From a candidate division FCPU426 bacterium (lineage in GTDB: Bacteria > Oederibacteriota > PGYV01 > Palsa-1178), in contig CAWIXE010000001.1 in assembly GCA_963840035.1 (NCBI GenBank), positions 608,001 to 672,000 on the forward strand: a stretch of 64,000 nucleotides of DNA, written 5' to 3'. The notes below the pieces were generated by a model, which saw nothing but the letters and a program-made list of their open reading frames with translations, ran no database searches and was not told where the DNA came from. A program made the position numbers and the translations under genes. Below, piece by piece: positions 41,049 through 51,791 of this stretch. Numbering within the stretch: position 1 is the first letter of the stretch; the number at the start of each line of letters is the position of its first letter.

Positions 41049-42323
41049 ATGAAGAAGATTTTTATAAAGACCTTCGGCTGCCAGATGAACCAGTACGATT
41101 CCGAGCGCATGGCGGGAGAGCTCGCCGCCAACGGGTATGAGCTCACCATGGACGAACACGCCGCGGAATATGTCGTTATCAACACCTGTAGCGTGCGGCA
41201 GCATGCCGAGGACAGGGCGATGAGTTTTATCGGAGCGGCTATTAAGACAAAAAAAGTAATAGTGGCCGGGTGCATGGCTGAGCGCATGAAGCAGGAGCTT
41301 GTTGATAAATTTCCGCGCATACACGCGGTGGTCGGGACATTTAACTTTTCCAACATTGCCGAGGTCATAGAGCGAAGGAAATCAAAACTCTACATTGACA
41401 ACATAAATGAGAAATACACCAAGAATTTAAAACGCACGGACAAATACAGGGCCACGGTGGCCATTATGCAGGGGTGCGACAACTTCTGTTCCTATTGCAT
41501 AGTGCCTTACGTGCGCGGCAGGGAAAGAAGCAGGGAAGTATCTGAGATACTCGACGAGATAAAGCTTGTAGCCTCCGAGGGTTTCAAGGAAGTCATGCTT
41601 TTGGGGCAGAACGTAAACTCATACCTGGACAAAGTATCGGGGACGAATTTCAGCGGCCTTATAAAAAAAGCCGCGGAGATAGAAGGCATAGAATTCATAC
41701 GTTTCATGACATCGCATCCAAAGGACCTCTCAGACGAACTCATAGAAGCCATATCATCAACCCCCAAAGCCTGCAGGCACATTCATTTGCCGCTCCAGTC
41801 AGGTTCTGACAGGGTGCTGGATAAGATGAACAGGAAATACACGCAGCAGTGGTACTTGGGCAGGCTGGAGAAGATAAGGCAGGTCATGCCGGACTGCGCC
41901 ATAACCTCGGACATACTTGTGGGGTTCCCCGGAGAGACGGAAGAGGACTTCATGGAGACTGTTAATACGGTTGAAAAGGCGCGTTTTGACGCGGCTTTTG
42001 TATTTAAGTATTCCCTTAGAAAAGGCACAAAAGCCGCTGATTTCGGGGATGATGTAAACGAAAAGGAGAAGTTAAGGCGTCTAAACATTATCCTTGAAAT
42101 GCAGAAAAAAATAAGCGAAGATAGTACAAAGAGGTACGCGGGAAAGACCGTAAAAGCCCTTGTTTACACGCAAAATAAGTTTGAACCGGAGTGCATGGAA
42201 GCCGCTGCCATGAGCAGCAAGAAGATACTCATAAAAGGCGGAAATGAACTGCTTGGTTTTTCCGGGAACGTGCTCATAACCGGCGCCAAAGGCGCCATGC
42301 TTACAGGAGAGGTCATAAAATGA
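41049..42323 (+). CDS. miaB: tRNA methylthiotransferase MiaB
   Basis: TFGCQMN, NTCSVR, GCDNFCSYC, TSHPKD, C-terminal TRAM. Confidence 0.95.
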   Translation: MKKIFIKTFGCQMNQYDSERMAGELAANGYELTMDEHAAEYVVINTCSVRQHAEDRAMSFIGAAIKTKKVIVAGCMAERMKQELVDKFPRIHAVVGTFNFSNIAEVIERRKSKLYIDNINEKYTKNLKRTDKYRATVAIMQGCDNFCSYCIVPYVRGRERSREVSEILDEIKLVASEGFKEVMLLGQNVNSYLDKVSGTNFSGLIKKAAEIEGIEFIRFMTSHPKDLSDELIEAISSTPKACRHIHLPLQSGSDRVLDKMNRKYTQQWYLGRLEKIRQVMPDCAITSDILVGFPGETEEDFMETVNTVEKARFDAAFVFKYSLRKGTKAADFGDDVNEKEKLRRLNIILEMQKKISEDSTKRYAGKTVKALVYTQNKFEPECMEAAAMSSKKILIKGGNELLGFSGNVLITGAKGAMLTGEVIK

Positions 42324-43393
42324 AAAGAATTCTGGCGGCTGTAATGTTCCTTTTTATTACAGCCATATCATACGGCGCGTTTTACGCCAACATGGTGGAA
42401 GAGGACGCCTACATCTCATCCATGGAATCATTTGATAAAAAGGATTTTACCGCGGCTAAAAAAGGTTTTGAGGAATTCCTCGCGAAGTTCCCGGAAAGCA
42501 AATACAAACCCACAGCGCTCTTAAGGCTTGCCGAGCTTAAAGAGGACATGTCTTCCATAGAAAAGGCATATAATGATGTGATGAAAGCTTACCCTGCCTC
42601 GGAGTACGAGGCTGAAGCGGCGTTTTCCCTGGGCAGGATATTTTACTCCAGGGGCGACTATAAAAAATCAAGGGAATACCTGAACATAATACTCAATAAA
42701 TACCCGAATATGGTGTGGATAGAGGAATCCTACTGGTATCTGCTGCTGTGTTACCTGGCTGAGAAAAATTACACCCTTGTGGACAAAGCGTATGCCGAAT
42801 ATCTCTCAAAAAAGGATTTTTTCATCCAGAAAAAAAGGATACAGCTGGCCTACGCGGACTCCCTTATGGAAAGGGATAAATACGCGGAAGCCGCGGCCAT
42901 GTATAAGGAACTAATCGACAAAGCCTCTTCAGACGACAGATACATTTATTTACCCGCTGTTTACAAAAGGGCGGCTGAGGCTTATGAAAAAGCCGGGAAT
43001 GCCGACAGCGCTGAAATACTTTCCACGGACCTTAAGCTTAAATTTCCGGACAGCGACGAGGCAACAGGCAAAGCGCAGAAACCCGCCGCCACAGCGGCGC
43101 CGTCAGCCGCGGCAACGCCGAAGGCGGACATCATACCGACAGTCTCATCTACAGCCGCATCAAAAGAGTTTTATACAATCCAGGTGGGCGCGTACACAAA
43201 TAAAAAGTTCTGCGATTATACGGCAAAACAATATGAGAATAAAAAATATAAGGTGTATGTAAAAAAAGACGGAAAATTTTACCGGCTCATGGTGGGAAAG
43301 TTCAACACAAAAGCCGAGGCCGACGCTTTTGCCCCGGGCTTCGCGAAGAAGGAAAAATTAAAGTCTTATCTGGTTAAGCAGGCGTGGGAGTAG
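42320..43393 (+). CDS. Secreted TPR (BamD/CpoB-like) plus SPOR domain protein
   Basis: Signal peptide, FPESKY TPRs, Ala/Thr linker, YTIQVGAY...YRLMVGKF SPOR. Confidence 0.85.
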   Translation: MKRILAAVMFLFITAISYGAFYANMVEEDAYISSMESFDKKDFTAAKKGFEEFLAKFPESKYKPTALLRLAELKEDMSSIEKAYNDVMKAYPASEYEAEAAFSLGRIFYSRGDYKKSREYLNIILNKYPNMVWIEESYWYLLLCYLAEKNYTLVDKAYAEYLSKKDFFIQKKRIQLAYADSLMERDKYAEAAAMYKELIDKASSDDRYIYLPAVYKRAAEAYEKAGNADSAEILSTDLKLKFPDSDEATGKAQKPAATAAPSAAATPKADIIPTVSSTAASKEFYTIQVGAYTNKKFCDYTAKQYENKKYKVYVKKDGKFYRLMVGKFNTKAEADAFAPGFAKKEKLKSYLVKQAWE

Positions 43394-43615
43394 GAAGGAA
43401 GAGGAAAAACGAGATAAGAGACCGGAGACGGGAATAGCGCAGATGTTTTGGTGTGAGATTTACTCCAATTTCCAGTCTCCTGTCTCTTCAACTCAATGGA
43501 TGTTTCACTATACGGCCAAAACGAAACTGTGCAGATAAGACATTAAATCCCCGTTTTCTTGATAAAACCGGAGGTTTATAGTATAATAAGGTTCATAAAC
43601 CCAAGGAGGGATATC

Positions 43616-44293
43616 ATGGCGGAAAAAGATGCGAAAAAAATAGGATTAAGAATGGTCCAGAAAACGGCGATACTGGGCACTGACAAGGAAGGCAATACCA
43701 CATACAAACTCAGTTTTTTCTCCGAGGACAAGTCGGTAAAGACAAAATCAGGCATGGAAGTTTACGGAATTGAAGTTTTAAATAAGGACGGTGTTTTAAA
43801 ACGCTACGAGCTTTTCGGGGATATCCCGGACGGCGACGTGGTGGAGTATTATGAAAACGGGCAGGTCATGGTGGAAAAGCATTACGTCAACAGCCAGAAA
43901 AACGGCGCGTACATACTTTATTACCCGTCAGGTTCCATGTGGAAGGAAGGACGCTTTGGCAATGACCAGATGATAAGGCTTAAAACTTACGGCGAAAGCG
44001 GGAAGCTTTTAACCGATAAAATTTTCGCTGAAATTGTTTCCATAACGACAGGGGACACAGAAGTCTTTTATAAAAACGGCAGGGAAATTGCCCGCTGGAC
44101 AAAAGGTTCTGACGGAAGCATAAAAAAATACGGCGAGACCATAGACGGCATAGTTAAATATTATGTTGGAAAAACACTTAAGGAAGAGCATATATATGAC
44201 GAGGGCTACCTCGTTACCATGAAGGTCTATAATAAAAAAGGCCAGCTGGTTTCTGAAAAATCGTTTGTCAAGGGCGAAGGGCCGGATAAGTAA
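43616..44293 (+). CDS. MORN-variant repeat protein (YwqK-like)
   Basis: YYENGQV, YYPSGSM, YGESGKL, YNKKGQL repeats. Confidence 0.7.
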   Translation: MAEKDAKKIGLRMVQKTAILGTDKEGNTTYKLSFFSEDKSVKTKSGMEVYGIEVLNKDGVLKRYELFGDIPDGDVVEYYENGQVMVEKHYVNSQKNGAYILYYPSGSMWKEGRFGNDQMIRLKTYGESGKLLTDKIFAEIVSITTGDTEVFYKNGREIARWTKGSDGSIKKYGETIDGIVKYYVGKTLKEEHIYDEGYLVTMKVYNKKGQLVSEKSFVKGEGPDK

Positions 44294-44384
44294 AATTTTC
44301 AATTTACTATTTTCAATTTTCAATTAAGAAAAACAGACCTTATATAATAAGTATAAAACCTGAAATTAACGGAGCATCTTCAAA

Positions 44385-47300
44385 ATGATTAAACGTTTCA
44401 TCATGTTTTTTGCCGCGGTTTTAATTCCGTTAACTGCTTTCGCGGCGGGTGAGATGTTTGATTTTTACATTCCATGGAACGATTCATCTGCTAATGCCAT
44501 AGACCTTTCTTCATTTATCAGCAGGGACGTCGACGCGGAAGGGTATCTGCGCGCCACCGCGGACGGGCACCTGGCTTTAAACTCCGGAAGGATACGCTTC
44601 TGGGGGACCAACCTTACATTCTCCGCGGCTTTCCCCGCCAAATCATACGCTCCGGACCTTGCCGCGCATTTCGCGAAGTACGGCATCAACATGGTGCGCT
44701 TCCATCACATGGACATGTTCGCGTCAACCGAAGGTATCTGGAGGACAACTTCATATGACAGACAGATAGACGATACCCAGCGCGATAAGCTGGAATATAT
44801 GGTTTATCAGCTAAAGCAAAAAGGCGTATATAGCGACATAAACCTGCTGGTGTCCAGGCCTTTTAACAGCCTGACCGACCTTCCTGCCGATATAAATACG
44901 GTTACTGACTGGAAAGTGAGGGCAGCGTTAAGTTTTTTTGACCCGCAGCTCCAGCAGCTTCAAAAAGATTACGCGCAGTCGCTTCTGACACATGTGAGCC
45001 CATATACGGGGCTGACCTTCGCGCAGGATCCTGCCATAGGGTTTATCGAAATAAATAATGAAAACGGGCTGATACAGGCATACCTTTCAAACCAGATAAA
45101 CGCGCTGCCTCCTTTTTATAACAATGAACTTCAGGCGCAGTGGAACGCGTGGCTGAAAGCGAAGTATGCGGCAAACGCGGCCATGACAACCGCGTGGGGC
45201 GTGATGAATACGCCAGCAGGCGCGGAGAAATTGCTCAACAATGATTTTTCATCGGGCGCAATAGGCCCCAGCTGGTCGCTTCAGGTTATGACAACTGCCG
45301 CGGGCAGCGCGGCAGTGACTGCCGACGGCGCCGGCACCGGGTCTGTCAATTCCGCTAAGATAACCATTACAACGGCAGAACCGGCAAACGCGTGGCACGT
45401 GCAGTTCATGCAGGCGGGGTTAAGCGTCCAGACGGGAAAGGCATATACGTTTTCATTCTGGGCAAAGTCGGACAGCAACAGGGCCATGGATATAAACATA
45501 ATGAACAACGCCAATCCGTGGAATAACCTCGGGTTTGCCTCTTCAGTCAACCTAACTTCGGCGTGGCAAAAATTTACTTTTGTGACATCCGTCAATACCA
45601 CTGTAACAACGGCCAGGATAACATTTTCATCCCTTGCGTCAGCCGCGGGAAATATATGGATAACAGGAGCTTCATTTAAGGAAGGCGGAACGCTCGGGCT
45701 TTATCCCGGAGAGGATCTTGATACGGACTCAGTCCTTAATTTTGTAAATACCGGGGGGACGATAGCCAGAACAGACGAGGCAAAGAGGGATTGGTTAAGG
45801 TTTTTAAGGGATACCGAGTTAAACTACTGGACCACCTTGCGCGATTATATAAAAAACACACTGGGAGCGAAGGCCCTCATATTTGGCACAATAGTCGGAT
45901 GCACCACGCCGAACTTAGCCGCCATATTTGACGTGGTGGATACGCACACGTACTGGCAGCACCCGAGTTTCCCCGGCGTTTCTTGGAGCGGGACAGACTG
46001 GTACCAGGCTAATGTGGATATGGCAAACACCATGTCAGGCACGACAGTGGGAAATATAGCGGTAAAGAGGGTTTTAAACAAGCCACTTGCCGTGACAGAA
46101 TACAACCACGCCAGCCCAAACACATACGCGGCTGACGGTTTTTATTTCCTATCCGCGTACGGCGGGCTGCAGGACTGGGACGCGGTGTTTTCATTTGATT
46201 ACGGCGGCGGCAACGGCGGATGGGATATTAAAAAGACAGAAGGATATTTTGCGGTGGGGCAGAACCCTGCAAAGATGGGCTCGTTTATTCCGGCTGCGCT
46301 TTCCTTTATAAGGGGCGATATCGCGCCGGCAAGCCAGCAGATAGTCGCGTCGCTTACAAACGAGGACGAGATTGAGGGCCTGCTCACATCATGGGCATGG
46401 CGGCTCGTGGACGGCACCACAGCGGGCATGGACGAGAGGGAGTCATTTGTCCACAGGACAGCAATAGCCGTGGAAGGGCAATCTGTTCCGGGAGGGTCCT
46501 TAAGCCCGGGTGCGTCAATTCCGGGAAACATTGCCGTCTCGGATACGAACCAGGTAAAGTGGGATTTATCAACGGCAGGAAAAGGCGTGATAACCGCGGA
46601 TACAGGGATGTCAAAATTTATTTACGGATTCATAGGCGGCAACACATATCTGATGTCGGGCGGAGTGACGATTACTGCAGGCGCGACACTTCAGAACGGA
46701 TTCGGTACGCTCGCAATCTCCGCGATAAATGGGGCCTCCATCGCGTCAGCGACAAAAATCGTTGTAACTGCATGCGGCGCTTACCAGAATACAAACCAGA
46801 TATTTTATACATATCCGTCAACTGTTTCAGCATTCCCGCCTGCCTACGGCATAAACCTTACTTCGCGGGACCAGTGGGGCACATACCCGAGCAGGATTGA
46901 GGGAATACCGGCGGTAATTACACTTCCGATACCCTACGCATACGTTAGCGTATGGTCGCTGGGCAGCACGGGAGACAGGGTTTCTTCAGTGGCTGTCACA
47001 AACAGCGGCGGTTTCGCGCAGTTTTCAATAGCGCCGTCATACAGTGCCATGTGGTATGAGGTCGTGGTAAATAACCCGTCATTCTCGCCGACTTTTACAA
47101 AAACACAGACACCAAACTGGACAGCAACCCCGACTTTTACTCCAACACAGACGGCGACACTGCCTACATGCGATACAGTGGATGATTGTGAAAACCTTGG
47201 TACGTCCCAGGACCTCTGGGGCGGCTGGTGGTATACATACCGCGACAGTCTTGGCACGGTTTCTTCAGGCGCGAAAAGAGCCGGCGGGAGCCCTCCTTCA

Positions 47301-48434
47301 CCAGGCGGTTGTTTTTACAGCAGCGGTACGTTCACAGCCGGCGGGTATTGCGGCATTGGGGCAAATCTTTCTTCAGGGGTTTATGTGAACCTATCTTCGT
47401 ATCAGTTTATAAGTTTGTATGTGAAAGGTGATGGAAAACAGTATGACTTAAGAATAAGCACAAAAGGATTCATAGACGCCGCGGCAAATAATTATTACCA
47501 GTACACTTTTACCGCGCCTGCCGCGTGGACTTTGATACAGGCGCCGCTTTCGTCATTTACCCAGCCCGGCGGGACAGCAAGGCCGTTTGATTTAAACCAG
47601 GCAAAGGACCTGCTGTGGGCGGCTGACCAGTCTTACAGCATATATCTGGATGATGTCCAATTTTGCAGGCAGCTGCCGACAATGACAAATACGCCGACAC
47701 CTGTTTCAACAGATACAAATACACCCACAAAAACCGCAACCGCCACTTTTACAAAGACCGCGACAGATACAATTTCCGTGACTTATACGCGGACATATAC
47801 AATAACGGAAACGGACACTGTTTCACCGACAGCGACTGAAACAATCACGGGGACGCCGCCCACTGAAACAATGACACCGAGCATGACGCTGACAGCGACG
47901 GAAACCGTTAGCTATACTGCCACTGATACTTATACGGCCACGCCGAGCGGAACAGGGACGAGCACACACACGCCGACTCTAACGCGCACTGCGACAAATA
48001 CATCCACCCGCACCGCGACTTCAACCAGGACGCGCACCGCAACGCCGACCTTAACCCGCACGCCGCAGCCAACGGCAACAGTGTCGGTAACGCCTACGGC
48101 GACAGTTGCGCAGATAACAGGCGAAGACCTGCCAAAACAGAAACCCGTGCCATATCCCAACCCTTTCAATCCGGATAAGGACGCGCAGCTTAACCTTTCA
48201 TTTTCAACATCAAAGGACATGTCCTCGGGAAGGCTCCGGGTGTTTACGTCGTCATTCAGGCTTGTGGCAGAAGCCGCATTCATTGAGACAGGGGCGGGAG
48301 AACACATAGTATCCGTGCCGTCAAACAGGCTGAAATTCCTGGCAAACGGGCCGTATTATTTTACAGTTGAAGCCGCGTATCAAAATGCGGCAAATGAAAC
48401 CTCAAGAGCCGAAGTTCTGCTCATCGCAAGGTAA
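44385..48434 (+). CDS. Secreted modular glycoside hydrolase: clan GH-A domain with inserted CBM4_9, CIA30/CBM11-like module, Thr-rich linker, CTD
   Basis: RFWGTN, NMVRFHH, EINNEN, TEYNH; WHVQF..YTFSFWAKS; KGDGKQY; TPT repeats; PYPNPFNP. Confidence 0.8.
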   Translation: MIKRFIMFFAAVLIPLTAFAAGEMFDFYIPWNDSSANAIDLSSFISRDVDAEGYLRATADGHLALNSGRIRFWGTNLTFSAAFPAKSYAPDLAAHFAKYGINMVRFHHMDMFASTEGIWRTTSYDRQIDDTQRDKLEYMVYQLKQKGVYSDINLLVSRPFNSLTDLPADINTVTDWKVRAALSFFDPQLQQLQKDYAQSLLTHVSPYTGLTFAQDPAIGFIEINNENGLIQAYLSNQINALPPFYNNELQAQWNAWLKAKYAANAAMTTAWGVMNTPAGAEKLLNNDFSSGAIGPSWSLQVMTTAAGSAAVTADGAGTGSVNSAKITITTAEPANAWHVQFMQAGLSVQTGKAYTFSFWAKSDSNRAMDINIMNNANPWNNLGFASSVNLTSAWQKFTFVTSVNTTVTTARITFSSLASAAGNIWITGASFKEGGTLGLYPGEDLDTDSVLNFVNTGGTIARTDEAKRDWLRFLRDTELNYWTTLRDYIKNTLGAKALIFGTIVGCTTPNLAAIFDVVDTHTYWQHPSFPGVSWSGTDWYQANVDMANTMSGTTVGNIAVKRVLNKPLAVTEYNHASPNTYAADGFYFLSAYGGLQDWDAVFSFDYGGGNGGWDIKKTEGYFAVGQNPAKMGSFIPAALSFIRGDIAPASQQIVASLTNEDEIEGLLTSWAWRLVDGTTAGMDERESFVHRTAIAVEGQSVPGGSLSPGASIPGNIAVSDTNQVKWDLSTAGKGVITADTGMSKFIYGFIGGNTYLMSGGVTITAGATLQNGFGTLAISAINGASIASATKIVVTACGAYQNTNQIFYTYPSTVSAFPPAYGINLTSRDQWGTYPSRIEGIPAVITLPIPYAYVSVWSLGSTGDRVSSVAVTNSGGFAQFSIAPSYSAMWYEVVVNNPSFSPTFTKTQTPNWTATPTFTPTQTATLPTCDTVDDCENLGTSQDLWGGWWYTYRDSLGTVSSGAKRAGGSPPSPGGCFYSSGTFTAGGYCGIGANLSSGVYVNLSSYQFISLYVKGDGKQYDLRISTKGFIDAAANNYYQYTFTAPAAWTLIQAPLSSFTQPGGTARPFDLNQAKDLLWAADQSYSIYLDDVQFCRQLPTMTNTPTPVSTDTNTPTKTATATFTKTATDTISVTYTRTYTITETDTVSPTATETITGTPPTETMTPSMTLTATETVSYTATDTYTATPSGTGTSTHTPTLTRTATNTSTRTATSTRTRTATPTLTRTPQPTATVSVTPTATVAQITGEDLPKQKPVPYPNPFNPDKDAQLNLSFSTSKDMSSGRLRVFTSSFRLVAEAAFIETGAGEHIVSVPSNRLKFLANGPYYFTVEAAYQNAANETSRAEVLLIAR

Positions 48435-48479
48435 AAAAGTTTGACATAAATATACTGAAGTGGTAATATTTAAAAAGAA

Positions 48480-48563
48480 AGACGGGGTGGTGCCGCCAAA
48501 AAACGACTGCATCTGAGAATATACCCGATGAACCTGATCCGGATAATGCCGGCGGAGGAAGAG
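48480..48563 (+). ncRNA. TPP riboswitch aptamer
   Basis: GGGG..., CTGAGA, ATACCC, GAACCTGATCCGGATAATGCCGGCGGAGGAAG match the THI-box consensus; TTGACA promoter at 48441. Confidence 0.93.
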
Positions 48564-48603
48564 TAATTAATTTTAAATTTGAAATTTTAAATTTGAAATT
48601 GAG

Positions 48604-48638
48604 GCCTTCAACCCAATGCCGGGATTGAAGGCTTTTTT
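48604..48638 (+). terminator. Riboswitch expression-platform terminator
   Basis: GCCTTCAA...TTGAAGGC followed by T6. Confidence 0.85.
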
Positions 48639-48677
48639 GTTTATTAGGCTCAATTTCAAAACTATATGGAGGGTTTT

Positions 48678-49736
48678 ATGGCTGAACTGGTTGAAATAGG
48701 GAAAATATCACCGGATTTTTTTGACGAGACCATATATCCGGCGCTCGGAAAAAAGAACCCGAGAGTCCTGGTCGGACCGGAACACGGCGTGGATATAGCG
48801 ATTGTTGATATCGGCGGGGGAAAGGTTATGGCCACCACCACTGACCCTGTTTTCATAGTGCCTGAGTACGGTTTTGAGCGGGCCGCGTGGTTTGCCATAC
48901 ATATACTTGTCTCTGACGTTGTGACATCGGGTTTTAAGCCTTCATACATGACCATAGACCTGAACCTTCCGCTTTCCATAAAAAAGGAAGATTTCAACAC
49001 AATGTGGAGGGTAATGTCGCAGGAGTGCGAAAAAATGGGCATTGCAGTCATCAGCGGGCACACAGGAAAGTACGAGGGGTGCGGCTATCCCATGGTGGGC
49101 GGGGCCACGGTTATGGCAATCGGTGATAAGAACAAGTATGTCACGCCAAAAGGGGCGCTTGTGGGCGATAAAATAATAGTGACGAAAGGCGCTGCCATAG
49201 AAGCTGCCGGGCTTTTTGCCGTGACGTTTGAAAAAAAGATAGAACAGATATTCGGGAAAGATTTTTCAAAAAAGGCATCTGAAATATTTTACAAGATGTC
49301 AGTGGTTGACGACGCGCTTATAGCCGCCTCGGTCGGGGTGCGGGATAAAGGAGTCACCTCCATGCACGACGCCACAGAGTGCGGCATCTGGGGAGGCCTT
49401 TATGAGGTGGCAAACGCCTCGGGCGTTGGCATGAAGATAATAAAGGAGAACATCCTCATACAGCACGAGGTCAAAGCCATCTGTGATTATTTTAAGATGG
49501 ACCCGTACTCTTCCATAAGCGAAGGGACGCTGCTTATAACGGCGCGGCCGGATAAGGCGGAGAAGATAGTAAAAAAACTTAAGGATAACAACATAGATTC
49601 ATCGGTGGTGGGAGCCGTTGTGCCGAAGGAACAGGGTATAAATGTGGTGGAAAAGGGTGTTGAGAAGAAACTTGAGCACCCGCGCATAGACCCGTTCTGG
49701 GGCGCGTTTGCTTTAGAACTTAAGAAAAATTACTAG
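48678..49736 (+). CDS. AIR synthase-related protein (PurM/HypE/ThiL superfamily)
   Basis: GVDIA, TTDP, SGHT, GDKIIVTK, MHDATECG, SEGTLL. Confidence 0.88.
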   Translation: MAELVEIGKISPDFFDETIYPALGKKNPRVLVGPEHGVDIAIVDIGGGKVMATTTDPVFIVPEYGFERAAWFAIHILVSDVVTSGFKPSYMTIDLNLPLSIKKEDFNTMWRVMSQECEKMGIAVISGHTGKYEGCGYPMVGGATVMAIGDKNKYVTPKGALVGDKIIVTKGAAIEAAGLFAVTFEKKIEQIFGKDFSKKASEIFYKMSVVDDALIAASVGVRDKGVTSMHDATECGIWGGLYEVANASGVGMKIIKENILIQHEVKAICDYFKMDPYSSISEGTLLITARPDKAEKIVKKLKDNNIDSSVVGAVVPKEQGINVVEKGVEKKLEHPRIDPFWGAFALELKKNY

Positions 49737-49852
49737 TTAATAATTACGAATTACTAATAAATGTATGCGTCAAATATAATAAACTACGCGAAGCGTTTCC
49801 TTCATTTGTAATTAGTAATTATTAATTGGTAATTAGAATTAGAGGAGGTTTT

Positions 49853-51598
49853 ATGCCTAAAAACTTGGTACTTTTAACACTGCTTATGACGTTTGCGTCG
49901 CAGGTATCGGCTGTAATGGAGATCGTGGTCCAACCGGAAGAAGAGAGCTATATTTATGACTACAAATATACAACCGGGCAGATCAGCGCGGAAAAGCCCG
50001 TAAGCCTGGGCGGAATATTAAACTCCATATCCGAGATAAACATCGCTTCAAAGGGTTTTTCGGCAATCTTAAACGATATTTCCATAAATGGCGGGACGTT
50101 TGAGCAGACAGCCGTGCTTTTGGACGGCGTGAAGGTCAATGACAGCCAGACAGGCCACTTTAACCTGGACGTGCCGGTTCCTTCCATATATATAGGCGGG
50201 CTCACGATATTGAAAAACGGAAGTTCATCCATAGGCGCGGGAGGATTTACCGGGCTTGTGAACATTGAAACGCCGCAGTACGACAAAGACCTCATAAAGT
50301 CATATTTTGAATACGGCACATACAACACCATATATTCAGGGCTCCTGTTTACCAGGAAGTTCTCGGACTTAATCGTGAACTTAAGCGCCGAGAGCGATTC
50401 CTCGGACGGGTACCACGCTGACACTGATTTTTACAAGAATACGGCCATGGTGGATTTAAAATACGGAAAACTATGCGCTGTAAAGTTCGGGTATGACGAG
50501 AAATCATACGGCGCTTACGATTTTTATTCGCCGGGCAGTAATCTGGATTCCTGGGAATATACAGCTACAAAATACGGGTCCCTTGACCTTTTCAAAGGAG
50601 AAGCCTTAAGCGGCGACGCATATTACAGGTCGCACTATGACCACTTTATACTTAAGCGCTCCAACCCGGCTTACTATGAGAACAGGCATAACACGGCTGT
50701 ATACGGCGCTGACCTTAAGTATGACTGGAAAATAAACAGCGATAACTCACTGGCGGCAAAATACAACTTCCAGCGGGAGGAAATGCAGAGCAAAAATCTG
50801 GGAAACCATTACAGGGTAAAGAACATGGCTGTTGTTAACGCGTATCTAAAGCCCATAGACGACCTGGTTTCCAATATCAATTTGTCCATGGAAAACTATG
50901 ACGTTTACCGCGGCGTTGACCTGCTTCCATCAGCCAGCTTTGTGTATTCGTTCATGCCGCATATAAAATTTAACGCCGGGTACAGCTATTCGGTGCGTTA
51001 CCCTGATTTTACCGAACTGTATTACAACGACAGCAAGTCCATAGGGAATCCCGGCTTAAAAGCTGAAAAATGCAATGAGTACTCCGGCGGCATGGAGATG
51101 AAACTTGCCGGGTCAAAGCTGAGGCTGTCGGCTTTTTACAGAAACGCGTATGACCTGATAGACTGGGGTAAAAATAATATAGCGGAACCCAAATGGACCA
51201 TCAAAAATATAGGCAGCGTAAATACGGCAGGATACAGCGCCGGGGTGGAAGTACCTTTTGAATGGGCAAACCTTTCGGCCAGCTACACATACCTTGATTC
51301 GTACAGGTCTGAAAGCTTTATTTCCAAATACGGCGTGGCGTACTTAAGGAACAAAGTAACAGCATCCGCGGATTTTGAAGTGTTCACTGTAAAGGTAAAG
51401 GCGGATTATACATTCAAGAATTACATAAACAGGTCAAAGTTCTGCAACAGCCTGGACATAACCTTAAGCCGCACAATCGTTGAAGGCATCGACCTTTCTT
51501 TAAAGGCGGAGAACGCCCTAAACTGGTATTTTGAGGAAACTCCGGGAATACCGGCTGTTGGAAGGATGCTGTCGGTAAGGGTGGAAGCGCAGATTTAA
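49853..51598 (+). CDS. TonB-dependent receptor (BtuB-like, short)
   Basis: Plug DISINGGTFEQTAVLLDGV..DSQTGHFN; RYPDFTELYY, GNPGLKAE, ENALN. Confidence 0.88.
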   Translation: MPKNLVLLTLLMTFASQVSAVMEIVVQPEEESYIYDYKYTTGQISAEKPVSLGGILNSISEINIASKGFSAILNDISINGGTFEQTAVLLDGVKVNDSQTGHFNLDVPVPSIYIGGLTILKNGSSSIGAGGFTGLVNIETPQYDKDLIKSYFEYGTYNTIYSGLLFTRKFSDLIVNLSAESDSSDGYHADTDFYKNTAMVDLKYGKLCAVKFGYDEKSYGAYDFYSPGSNLDSWEYTATKYGSLDLFKGEALSGDAYYRSHYDHFILKRSNPAYYENRHNTAVYGADLKYDWKINSDNSLAAKYNFQREEMQSKNLGNHYRVKNMAVVNAYLKPIDDLVSNINLSMENYDVYRGVDLLPSASFVYSFMPHIKFNAGYSYSVRYPDFTELYYNDSKSIGNPGLKAEKCNEYSGGMEMKLAGSKLRLSAFYRNAYDLIDWGKNNIAEPKWTIKNIGSVNTAGYSAGVEVPFEWANLSASYTYLDSYRSESFISKYGVAYLRNKVTASADFEVFTVKVKADYTFKNYINRSKFCNSLDITLSRTIVEGIDLSLKAENALNWYFEETPGIPAVGRMLSVRVEAQI

Positions 51599-51791
51599 CG
51601 GTAATCACATATCCCAAATCACAAATCCCAAAGAAAGCAGGGCAATTGCCTCAATTTGGGATATGTGATTTGGGATTTGTGCTTGCTTTAATGCCAACCA
51701 AAAACCCCCTTCCTGCGTCTAATACTTGCAAGGCATAGGTCTTTGTACTATAATATGCCTTGAAACAGCCTATATATATAAGGAGTGAAAA

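Noticed and set aside
47680..48110. Thr-codon-rich region as a DNA repeat element
   Set aside because: Degenerate codons encoding a Thr/Pro linker; a protein-level feature.
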